Of a stretch of 39,487 nucleotides of DNA, positions 15,252 to 23,604 are shown piece by piece; positions within the stretch are counted from its first letter, which is position 1; each line of letters opens with the position of its first letter. Below the pieces are notes generated by a model, which did no database searches, had not been told where the DNA came from, and saw only the letters and a list, made by a program, of their open reading frames with translations. Made by a program: the position numbers and the translations under genes. The DNA is from Pseudobdellovibrionaceae bacterium (GTDB taxonomy: Bacteria > Bdellovibrionota > FAC87 > UBA2466). The stretch lies in NCBI GenBank assembly GCA_023250715.1, contig JAHFAF010000012.1:1-39487 (forward strand). The letters are read 5' to 3'.

Positions 15252-16763
15252 TTACTTAAATCCCTCGAGAAAAAGTAAGAGCCCAGTCTCCTGAAACAAC
15301 TTTTCTTGGCGCTCGGAGTTTAAGCTTTTCAAGAATGGCCAATATTCCTTCAAGACCGCTTTCCTTTCCTTAGTTACTCTTTTCGGATCTCCCATTTCGA
15401 GTCGTGCGTCGCCAAGAGCATCCAACCTCTTCCTCATTTCCTCCAAAATCGGGACATCTTTTTCGTAGCTCATTTCGATCAAAGCGTCGGAGACGTTCCT
15501 CAGATTTCTGCGCGAGAGCCGAAACCTCTTTGGAAGTACTTTACCGAATGGCCGCACCCGTTGGAAAGATCCATTAGACTCCGGATCAAGACATTGAATT
15601 TCATCAAGTTTAGACGCGTAAGCGTTACAGATTTTTTCCGCCCACGCAAATAGGGGGCCGCCGCCTGAATAACTAGCGTAAGCGACCTTCTCGAGCCATT
15701 TACCGTCCTTGTCTTTAAAAATATAACAGTCCCAGTTATAGAGCTGCGTTGGAAAGCATACAGCGCTGCTTGTGGCTGCGGGTGTTCCGCTAGCTTCAAT
15801 CCATGCAAAAGGGTAATCCCACGCATCCTTCTTGGGGATGTATTGGTAGTCTTTATCATAAAGAGTTATCGTCCGCGCTCCGGCCGCGGTATCATCTACG
15901 ACGCGCTTTTCCACCGGTTTAGCCGCGTAAGCAGCCAAAAAATAGGATTGGAACCCTTTGAGCATGAATTCTCTTTTGATACGACAGTAGATTCCTTTTT
16001 TTCGTACCGACTGAACGTATGGTTTTTCTCGGCTCACTTTCACATACCTTTCGGTCACTGGAATGCTCGCCATAAAGCAATACCCCCCAAGCGCCTCGAA
16101 ATAAGTGGGCTCACCCAGAATATCTAAAGACCCGAAAAGAAGACCCTCTTCAATTTTCGAGTAATCACTCCCAATGATGGGTAACTTCCCCCACCAACCC
16201 AGGTCTTTTTCTTTCAAAGGAGATTGGTCGTCACCAAAGGGCGCTGGGAACCATTGGATTTCATATTCTCCCACACGATTTGTTTCCCGGAATTCAGATA
16301 TAGTGTTCCCCGTGGCTTTCAGATAATGCTTGTTATCGAAACGCCCTTGCAAAAGACTTTCTGGCAAAAGGGAGGGGGGATTTTCAGCATATTTAAGAGC
16401 ACGACAAAGGAACTTGTCTCCCAAAAGTCCGCAAACTTGATTATTTCCCAATGACAGAGAGTTCGCCTTGGCGAGTTCAGGATAGTACGAGACTCTTTTA
16501 TCCTTCCATGACCAGCAATAGAGCATGTTGTCATCTTGAGCACATTGCCCTTTTTCGGAGGAAACGATCTGAGAGATAGGTCCGATGTCGTAAAGAAAGT
16601 CTAAGGACTCCGTTTCTCCCGTTGGCCCAAGACAAAAAAGCTCCTTATCCTGGACTGCACAAAGATGCGTGAGTCCACCCGTGACGGAGGCGACGTGACC
16701 TGGCGCCGGTAAGCACATTAGAAAAAAGGCCAGGTACATCACTTTTTCATTCCAACTATTCAT
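15252..16763 (-). CDS. Secreted Cys-rich protein with RCC1/BLIP-II-like repeats and a helical C-terminus
   Basis: GGGAGG RBS before ATG 16763 (MNSWNEK); signal-like segment; GGLTHLCAVQDKELFCLG and SLGNNQVCGLLGDKFLC repeats. Confidence 0.6.
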   Translation of the reverse strand: MNSWNEKVMYLAFFLMCLPAPGHVASVTGGLTHLCAVQDKELFCLGPTGETESLDFLYDIGPISQIVSSEKGQCAQDDNMLYCWSWKDKRVSYYPELAKANSLSLGNNQVCGLLGDKFLCRALKYAENPPSLLPESLLQGRFDNKHYLKATGNTISEFRETNRVGEYEIQWFPAPFGDDQSPLKEKDLGWWGKLPIIGSDYSKIEEGLLFGSLDILGEPTYFEALGGYCFMASIPVTERYVKVSREKPYVQSVRKKGIYCRIKREFMLKGFQSYFLAAYAAKPVEKRVVDDTAAGARTITLYDKDYQYIPKKDAWDYPFAWIEASGTPAATSSAVCFPTQLYNWDCYIFKDKDGKWLEKVAYASYSGGGPLFAWAEKICNAYASKLDEIQCLDPESNGSFQRVRPFGKVLPKRFRLSRRNLRNVSDALIEMSYEKDVPILEEMRKRLDALGDARLEMGDPKRVTKERKAVLKEYWPFLKSLNSERQEKLFQETGLLLFLEGFK

Positions 16764-16776
16764 TTTCGTTCCTCCC

Positions 16777-18318
16777 TTAACTCGATTCCAATGATAAATA
16801 AAATCCCACAATCAACCCCATCAGGCCCGGCGTTTTAGTCTTCGGATAAGCTGCCATCCGCTCGAAATATGTCTTATGACGCTTTAGCATGTTACCAACA
16901 GCGCTAATCTCCATCGGATGAGGATCGGCTGCGAACTCACCAAGCGCAGCAACGATAGTATCAAGGGTGGCCTTATCATCTTTGCGCGGTAGAAATTTCC
17001 TATGGGAGTTCAATGCGGTGATCAATAACAGCACAGACATCTCCGCCCTCTTTTCATCCGGTGAAAAATCTTGGAGTGATTTAATTCCATTAGCCAAATT
17101 CATAATGGTAAGTTGGCGCAAAAAATTCGTGGGAATATCGTTTCGAAAGTTTGGGATTTCTACATTTTCTAAAACTGGCCTAAGTAAATTAGCAAAAAAA
17201 AGTTCAGTCCCTGGCTGGCCCGCGAGAACCTCTTTCGCCTTGGCCAACACGGCTGCGTCTCGGTCATATAGCAATTCATCAATCCTTCCCAAGGTGTCTG
17301 CCAGAAAAAGGTCTGAGAAATCAAAATAGCTCATCAGTGTGATCGATCCCCTCACGCTAAACGGCTGGTTTGTCTCTCCAGCTTTCGTACATCGAATAGT
17401 TCCAGTATTTGTCACCAAACAGATCTCCTGTCCCACCATAACAGGCTTCGAGATGTCCGTTGGGGGTAGCGCAATAGTGGTGAGTGCGTTTTGACAAAGA
17501 GTTTCATTGGGATAACGACGAAAGCATTTTGAATCCGGGGCCCTTGCTGTCACCCCACATTGGATCGTCCGTTCATCCAAAGAACGAATACAAAAAGCTC
17601 CGTGAGTGTCCGAAAAGATCGGAGAAATATCCGCTGAGAGATTTCCTCTAAAAAAGGTGGAGAATTTCGGATGTTGAGGAAGGCCCTCCAGCCCCTCCTC
17701 CAGCCCAGTGAGATCGGAGCAGGAAAAATGGCCTGTAAAGACGGGCTTCTGTGGTTGAACGCAGAGCGAATTTCCAACAATTAAGGGTTTTACGTCTGGT
17801 GCCAGACCACTGACCGCGTAAGACGCCTTTTCTTTGCCGTTGATTCTCCCCGTACAAAGCAAGCGAGTTGCGGCTGCATCTTCAAAACGGCAGGTAAATG
17901 ACGCTCCCACCAAAGAATCGCTGGTTGCTAACCCCGTTATTGGTGCAAAAGTGTGTTCGACGCAGGAGACTCTCCCTGATTTTTTTCCGCAAGCGTGGTT
18001 TTCTGTGACGTGGATATTACTAATCTCTGTAAACTCCGGGTGGGAATCTAATATCTCGGGGGCTCCCCATTTCCAACAATGCAACGCAAGCGAATCGCGA
18101 ACACATTGAACCGAATCAGTTGAGAAGGTGGCTAGGGGAAGAGTGAACTGTGGAAGCCTTTCCTTCGCTAACGGAACTCCCTTTTCCCAGCATTTGAACC
18201 CATCGGCATCGATCGCACATACTCGATTGGTACCCCCCGTAAAGTGAAGCCACTTAGCGACGGCGCCATAAGCTCCGCTCGGCTGCAATATTAGAAACAC
18301 GGAAAAGAGCAACTTCAC
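16777..18318 (-). CDS. Secreted Cys-rich protein with RCC1/BLIP-II-like repeats and a helical C-terminus (paralogue of the neighbour)
   Basis: GTG start overlapping the upstream stop (GTGA); signal peptide; GGTNRVCAIDADGFKCW and VTENHACGKKSGRVSC repeats. Confidence 0.62.
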   Translation of the reverse strand: MKLLFSVFLILQPSGAYGAVAKWLHFTGGTNRVCAIDADGFKCWEKGVPLAKERLPQFTLPLATFSTDSVQCVRDSLALHCWKWGAPEILDSHPEFTEISNIHVTENHACGKKSGRVSCVEHTFAPITGLATSDSLVGASFTCRFEDAAATRLLCTGRINGKEKASYAVSGLAPDVKPLIVGNSLCVQPQKPVFTGHFSCSDLTGLEEGLEGLPQHPKFSTFFRGNLSADISPIFSDTHGAFCIRSLDERTIQCGVTARAPDSKCFRRYPNETLCQNALTTIALPPTDISKPVMVGQEICLVTNTGTIRCTKAGETNQPFSVRGSITLMSYFDFSDLFLADTLGRIDELLYDRDAAVLAKAKEVLAGQPGTELFFANLLRPVLENVEIPNFRNDIPTNFLRQLTIMNLANGIKSLQDFSPDEKRAEMSVLLLITALNSHRKFLPRKDDKATLDTIVAALGEFAADPHPMEISAVGNMLKRHKTYFERMAAYPKTKTPGLMGLIVGFYLSLESS

Positions 18319-19805
18319 GGATATTCCACCTTCAGCTCGTCAATTCTGTTTTCCACCTGACGCAGTGTCTTTTTGAGCGCGATCGTTTTTTCTGAATCTA
18401 TATTAAGAAGAATCGCCCAGTCGTCCTTATAGGAACTACGTAAACGGGCGACATCCGAGGAATAGATCACTCGCCATTCGAGTTTCATTAATCTTGCAAG
18501 AAATCCCAGTTCCCGAAACAGCGACTTGGTGGATTCCTTCTTAATGAAGGGGGCCAGGGATAAGAGGCTAGCTTCCATAGTAGTCGCGTAAGCCTGAAAG
18601 TCGGCCGCGCTTTTCGAGTCCGGTTCATCGCCCATTGCGATCTCGACGCTAATCAGTTTAGGATCCTTGCGTTTTACGAAATAATCTTCGACGGAGTGAA
18701 TGGGCTCAGTACTCAACTTTCCCTTTCCCACCCTCTTGAAGAAGAAGGGAATCTTTATTGGGGTAAAACGGGTCCGGTTCTTCACGCCAGCGAACCATTC
18801 TTTGAGAGGGGAATGGTACAGTTTTGTTTTTCCCTCTGAATAATCATTGCGATCGATGGTCAATAAACAGTCCGTTTTCAAATCTAGAACCCCGCCTCCG
18901 ACACCGTCACCACCACCAACCCCATCGCCTCCGCCCACTCCATCTCCCCCGCCAATCTTGAAAGTCGCTTCTGTCCTTTTGCAATTTGAAACCTGGAATT
19001 GCAGACCTTGCGTATGGAAGATAGTTTCTCTTCTCGCCTGCTCCTCAGGATTCCACATGAAGTAAGGGCGATACTCTGAAGGCAGGAAGAAATATTCCGC
19101 AAGCCATTCTGAGACCACATGGCTAGGCAATAGAATAGGTTGGTTTTCGACCACCTTTGATTCCGGTGAAAAGAAGGCCACCTCCGATTCATCGATGGAA
19201 ACCAACTTTCTTAACTGACGCGTTAAGAACCCGTACACCAGGTCGCCTCCCGGTGAAAACACAGGCCCCCCGCTCATACCGAACTCCGCGAACCCCATTC
19301 CCAATAGAACTACCTTACTCAGAAGGGGAAAGCCGTGGAGAGACGTTTGTGGAATCAGAACATAACCCCTTTTGTTATGGATGAGTTCTGTTTCGGTAAA
19401 GGAGGCAAATCCCGTAATCACGACCTTCTCATTTTCTTCGAAGAGATGATCCTTCGCGAGCACTTCGAGAGTGGGAAGATCCGTCGACGGGTATCCCGGG
19501 GGGTCTACTTCGTATAGCGCGAGATCATTTCCCGCTTCCGCCGCCAAAAATCGCAGTTTCTTTCGCTCTAGGTTAATATCTGAAAATTCTGCGCAATAAT
19601 CGGTGTTCTCACGAAGTAAGACGGCGTGGCCTGCCCCCAATACGTATTCTTTGTTATCCCGTTGAAAGCGAAACCCACTTCCTTTCCACTTGAGATCGGA
19701 GGTCTCGCAAAGGCCTGAATGGGTCTTTACGATCGCAAGATCCGAAATAGGTACGGCAATCACCGGAAAGGCAACTATCAACGCGAATAAGGCGATATGT
19801 CTCAT
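18315..19805 (-). CDS. Secreted trypsin-like (S1) serine protease with Gly/Asp hinge and C-terminal domains of unknown function
   Basis: ATG 19805 with GGAGG RBS and ATGA overlap; signal peptide MRHIALFALIVAFPVIA; GSGF, LGAGHAV (His), NDLALY (Asp), GMSGGPVF (Ser). Confidence 0.85.
   Translation of the reverse strand: MRHIALFALIVAFPVIAVPISDLAIVKTHSGLCETSDLKWKGSGFRFQRDNKEYVLGAGHAVLLRENTDYCAEFSDINLERKKLRFLAAEAGNDLALYEVDPPGYPSTDLPTLEVLAKDHLFEENEKVVITGFASFTETELIHNKRGYVLIPQTSLHGFPLLSKVVLLGMGFAEFGMSGGPVFSPGGDLVYGFLTRQLRKLVSIDESEVAFFSPESKVVENQPILLPSHVVSEWLAEYFFLPSEYRPYFMWNPEEQARRETIFHTQGLQFQVSNCKRTEATFKIGGGDGVGGGDGVGGGDGVGGGVLDLKTDCLLTIDRNDYSEGKTKLYHSPLKEWFAGVKNRTRFTPIKIPFFFKRVGKGKLSTEPIHSVEDYFVKRKDPKLISVEIAMGDEPDSKSAADFQAYATTMEASLLSLAPFIKKESTKSLFRELGFLARLMKLEWRVIYSSDVARLRSSYKDDWAILLNIDSEKTIALKKTLRQVENRIDELKVEYP
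18891..18953 (-). repeat. (GGGDGV)3-GGG protein repeat inside the protease
   Basis: IGGGDGVGGGDGVGGGDGVGGGV; the 18-bp DNA units differ at synonymous sites. Confidence 0.9.
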
Positions 19806-21712
19806 AATGAGGCCTCCAAGACTTTTGAATGATATCTGGTATGTCTTCCCTTTCCCTCGCGATCGACCAACCCCTTTTCGATCCAACTGGAAAGAATACG
19901 ATTCATGCTGCTTCGTGGTTTCTTGAATTTAAGTTCCAATTCATTACGACTTTGAAAGCCCTGCCAAACGGGCCGTGGAACCACCCCGGCCACCAAGCGC
20001 TCTGCAGATGAGCTAGAAACTAATTTTTTAGAATTTGGAAAGTATCCCGACATCTGCGCCTCATGCGGCCTTCGTTTAAAATCGCAGATACACCAATCAC
20101 CCTCTCCGATAACGAAACCCGCCTTCACACGAAACGTGAAAGTTTCCGGCATTATTTTCTTGAGGCGCGAAAGCAAATTAGAGACCTTGCCACCATGGTC
20201 CAAAAAATCGAACCGAGAAATGTCGAAGACATGCCTTGAAAATTCCTCCAAACTTACAGTGCCCCTTTTCTTTAGGAGGTCCAACGCAAGGACCGCGGAT
20301 TTGGAAATATGATTTCTTCCCTGCCTATCAGTAATTTGATGAAGCGTAAGATCAATGAGGATAATCCTAGCAGGAAAATTCGATGGGACTTTATCTATCA
20401 AAGAACGCAAGGACTCTACGAGAGAAGCAAGACACGTGGGCGCCACTTTGTTGGAGGAAAGAGCAGACTCTATCAATGAACGAAAGAGTAGCTCATCGGA
20501 ACTCCATAAGGGGCTACTCTTGAGATTAAAAAGATACTCGTCAGATTTTGCTATATCTCCGTCTCGCAATGCGACAAACAATTGGATAAAGAGATATTCG
20601 TACTGGAGCAAGGAGTAGCCGGGATTTTCCTTTGATTGGAATAGGGACAAGACTTCTTCGATCTTTGCCTCGCTTTTCGAATCGAAGAGACCAACCCAGC
20701 TGAGAGCATTTCGAATGAGATAATAGTCTTCCCAGGTGGTACGGTGGGACCAATCTAAGTCCAAGTTTTCCACTAGAACCGCGACTTTGAGAAACGGAAA
20801 CTGATTCGGAGCGCAAAGCCATTTCCAAACCCACGAGTAGAGGCGATCCACATGCTCAGATGGCTTGATAATCCTCAGATCATCGGGATGAAAAATACCC
20901 GCTAATGTTCGAAAACGGTAAGCACAGTAATCGATGGTACAACAAGCCCCCGCCAACTCACCCAGAAACTCCCCGCCTGTATCGGCACGATAGCCGGCGT
21001 GGTAAGGAAGCGACTGAAGCCATTCAACGTAATAGGTGGGCTGCTCGACGCCTGAGCCAGCCCCCTCCAAACCTATCTCGATCGCCTTTCTGATCTCGCC
21101 CTTACGAAAAAACAGCCTTTGCTTCAACGCCTTGAGCTGAGATAGGACTTTTGAAACTGTCTTCTTATCCTTTATACCCGATAGAAGGGTCTCGATCTCC
21201 TCTAGTTTGTCATTATAAGGAATCCCCAGGTTCTCTTTGCACAAAACAATGTTGGTCTTCGCGCAGAGTTTCTGAAAAATTGTGGGAGCTTGTCTCTCCC
21301 ATTGAACCAAACTCTCAAATGCCGAGTAGTACTCACCACGACCAAAATCCAACATTGCCTTTTCGTATGAGTAGTAACAATGACTCATCAAGTCTATTTG
21401 TCTTGAGTTTCTTTCGACCTTTTCGAGCATTTCTTTCGAGTAATGATGGGCTTTGTTCGACCTCGCTAAAGAGGAGCTGAGCAGAAGAAGATCAACAATA
21501 CTTTCTCGGTTTGGGGATTTTAGCAACAATTGCACTTCCGCCTCAGAGAGGCTTCCAAGCGGGATTTGTAGTTCCTGTTTGAGCTTCGACAAGAGAGGGA
21601 GACAAGTATCGAAGTCATGATTGATCTTTAGCTCCCATGCTCGATCAATTTCCGCCGCAAGCTTAAGGGACGATTTTTCCCGTGTGGGTGCCACTTCAAT
21701 TCTCGAACTCAA
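19802..21712 (-). CDS. Cytoplasmic TPR-like helical transcriptional regulator with winged-HTH and C-terminal HTH
   Basis: No signal peptide; long helical-repeat N-terminus; VSLEEFSRHVF...VSNLLSRLKK (OmpR/ToxR-like wHTH); SRNELELKFKKPRSSMNRILSSWIEKGLVDREGKGRHTRY (terminal wHTH). Confidence 0.75.
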   Translation of the reverse strand: MSSRIEVAPTREKSSLKLAAEIDRAWELKINHDFDTCLPLLSKLKQELQIPLGSLSEAEVQLLLKSPNRESIVDLLLLSSSLARSNKAHHYSKEMLEKVERNSRQIDLMSHCYYSYEKAMLDFGRGEYYSAFESLVQWERQAPTIFQKLCAKTNIVLCKENLGIPYNDKLEEIETLLSGIKDKKTVSKVLSQLKALKQRLFFRKGEIRKAIEIGLEGAGSGVEQPTYYVEWLQSLPYHAGYRADTGGEFLGELAGACCTIDYCAYRFRTLAGIFHPDDLRIIKPSEHVDRLYSWVWKWLCAPNQFPFLKVAVLVENLDLDWSHRTTWEDYYLIRNALSWVGLFDSKSEAKIEEVLSLFQSKENPGYSLLQYEYLFIQLFVALRDGDIAKSDEYLFNLKSSPLWSSDELLFRSLIESALSSNKVAPTCLASLVESLRSLIDKVPSNFPARIILIDLTLHQITDRQGRNHISKSAVLALDLLKKRGTVSLEEFSRHVFDISRFDFLDHGGKVSNLLSRLKKIMPETFTFRVKAGFVIGEGDWCICDFKRRPHEAQMSGYFPNSKKLVSSSSAERLVAGVVPRPVWQGFQSRNELELKFKKPRSSMNRILSSWIEKGLVDREGKGRHTRYHSKVLEASL

Positions 21713-22472
21713 CGATTTTCTTGTTACCGAACTTGTCTAGGTAGATATCGTTCAGGCCCTCGATCTCCAGAACAATGATGTAGGGAACAGTAGCTGTGGA
21801 GGGGACTTTACGAAACTCCTCATAGAGCTCATTCCGGATCGCAACACTTACTGTAAGGGCTTCATCAAAGGTCTTGGGAACATCTCCTTCATTGGCCTCG
21901 GCGGCTGCGATCACGTCCGCCACTCTATTTTTTACTGATTCAATTTTATTCTGAAAACCTCGGGCGACATCGTGCCGTTCTAGGTCCATTAAAAGACTGA
22001 GAATATTGGTAAATGTCGATAGAGTGTGTTGAGTAATGTAGATTTTTTTCAGGCCTTGGTTTTGGGCAATTTTTTCGGTGAATCGGAGTAATTTATCTAG
22101 AAGAAAACCCGTTTTCCTTGAGGAGATTTCCGAAAAATAGGCTTTGTGAGCCCGGTAATTGTAAATGAGATTTTGAAATTCTTGGAAAGTCTCCGCATGA
22201 CCAATTCCTTTTTCCTTGTCCTCAATTAGATCGAAGACTCGTTTCGAGCTTCCTCTTAGTACGAGAAGCTTTGGCTGATCGGCTCGTTTTACAAAGCCAC
22301 GGACATAGTCAATGACCCTAATCTGCCGGGAAACACAATCCCGAGAATCCATGCACTGAAACTCGGAACTCCCTTCCTCTGGGGTTGGAGGGAGATCCAA
22401 TTTCAGCTCATCCCCAGAGGCCAAGCGAGAAAATAGAATCAGCCCCAACATCAAGAATGCTTGTGCTTTCAT
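21696..22472 (-). CDS. Secreted alpha-helical hypothetical protein
   Basis: ATG 22472 gives the signal peptide MKAQAFLMLGLILFSRLASG; the stop overlaps the regulator start by 17 bp. Confidence 0.7.
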   Translation of the reverse strand: MKAQAFLMLGLILFSRLASGDELKLDLPPTPEEGSSEFQCMDSRDCVSRQIRVIDYVRGFVKRADQPKLLVLRGSSKRVFDLIEDKEKGIGHAETFQEFQNLIYNYRAHKAYFSEISSRKTGFLLDKLLRFTEKIAQNQGLKKIYITQHTLSTFTNILSLLMDLERHDVARGFQNKIESVKNRVADVIAAAEANEGDVPKTFDEALTVSVAIRNELYEEFRKVPSTATVPYIIVLEIEGLNDIYLDKFGNKKIVEFEN

Positions 22473-22492
22473 TACCAGATGCTTATGAAAAC

Positions 22493-22533
22493 TGACACTT
22501 TGTGTCAATTCATTACTTCTCACTTCTTCTCAC
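22493..22533 (-). promoter_or_regulatory. Promoter region with TTGACA, palindrome TGACAC-TTT-GTGTCA and direct repeat GTGAGAAG x2
   Basis: Palindrome at 22493..22507; -35 TTGACA at 22508..22503; CTTCTCAC at 22516 and 22526. The -10 box is poor. Confidence 0.5.
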
Positions 22534-22563
22534 AACCGGTTCTTTTCTATCAAGAGCCCTGGA

Positions 22564-22589
22564 GGGGGAAAGGAAATGACCTCTCCCCC
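22564..22589 (-). terminator. GC-rich hairpin after the 23387 gene (terminator or stabilising stem)
   Basis: Minus strand GGGGGAGAGG-TCATTT-CCTTTCCCCC with no clear U tract. Confidence 0.5.
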
Positions 22590-22598
22590 GAGTTACAA

Positions 22599-23387
22599 CT
22601 ACTCCAATTCTTCTTTGATCGCATAGCGCAAAGCTAGAAGATCAATGGCCTTTCTATCGAGGAATTTTGTTCTCAACAGACGGTCAATGACCGGCCGACT
22701 GTAGTTAATCGCTTCCAGCACAGCCTTTAGTTGAACGCGGACTTCGTGCTTTTCACTTTGTCCAACCGATGCGGCGTACAAACTCGATGCTGCCATTTTT
22801 ACGGGCAGCATGTAGGGGACATACTCAAGCTTCACGTCGAGATGGGGCTCAATCTGCTCCACCTTCCTGATGACAGCTTCCGCTAGAGCGGAGATGATCT
22901 TCGAGTAGGCATGGTAACGAATCTCGTGCTTGTAAATATTTGGATCGAACGCATCATCGAGATCTTCTGCGATTTGCAGAGACTGAGTTACCTTAACATC
23001 GAGAACTCTCACCTCTCCACCGTCGACATGGCGAAATTCAAGGGAATGTACCACTTCATTGATCGCAACGGCATAACTTGGATCGCTGGCAGGTATTAGC
23101 AATGTTGGATGTTTACGATTTCCATTCACCCACACCTCAATTTTGGCCTGGCGATTTAACGCCTCTGCCTGAACGAACGCCGTCTTCACTTTTCGCCAAC
23201 CTTTTTCTAATTCAACTACCTTGACGCTACCCGGGGGCAGATTGAACTTTCCCGATGGCACAGTCACAGTCTCGAACTTCTCTCTCTCTGTGAAAGTCTC
23301 CTCCTCCGCGCTTGCAAAACCCGGTGTCAAAAGGAAAAGGAACGCGGTCAAAAAGACCAAATTTTTAGTTACCGTTTTGAACTTCAT
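22599..23387 (-). CDS. Secreted hypothetical protein (beta-sandwich N-domain + helical C-domain)
   Basis: AAGGAG RBS, ATG 23387, signal peptide MKFKTVTKNLVFLTAFLFLLTPGFASA. Confidence 0.75.
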   Translation of the reverse strand: MKFKTVTKNLVFLTAFLFLLTPGFASAEEETFTEREKFETVTVPSGKFNLPPGSVKVVELEKGWRKVKTAFVQAEALNRQAKIEVWVNGNRKHPTLLIPASDPSYAVAINEVVHSLEFRHVDGGEVRVLDVKVTQSLQIAEDLDDAFDPNIYKHEIRYHAYSKIISALAEAVIRKVEQIEPHLDVKLEYVPYMLPVKMAASSLYAASVGQSEKHEVRVQLKAVLEAINYSRPVIDRLLRTKFLDRKAIDLLALRYAIKEELE

Positions 23388-23421
23388 GGAACTCTCCTTA
23401 GTTAAAAGTTTTTCCGTTGCC

Positions 23422-23487
23422 AGAATGGGGGGGCGAGGAGGCAGACTCAAGCAGTAAGAATATTTCTTGAGAAGAACGTGAGAAGAA
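23422..23487 (-). promoter_or_regulatory. sigma70-like promoter with upstream TGAGAAGAA direct repeat
   Basis: Minus strand TTGAGT-17-CATTCT (23450..23422); TGAGAAGAA at 23468 and 23479 on the plus strand. Confidence 0.45.
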
Positions 23488-23604
23488 AGAGGGAAAGTAG
23501 ATGGATCGGTTTATCCGTTTTAGAGCTCATAATGGCGTGGCGCGAAACATCATTAGTTGTTAACGGTTGAAGACGGGTAAGGAGAGCAGTAAATTCCCAG
23601 GAAT

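Noticed and set aside
16764-16811. Longer ORF-track starts (16811, 19886, 22523, 23450, 28377, 33730, 39008)
   Set aside because: Downstream starts give a signal peptide and/or RBS, or remove overlaps with neighbouring genes.
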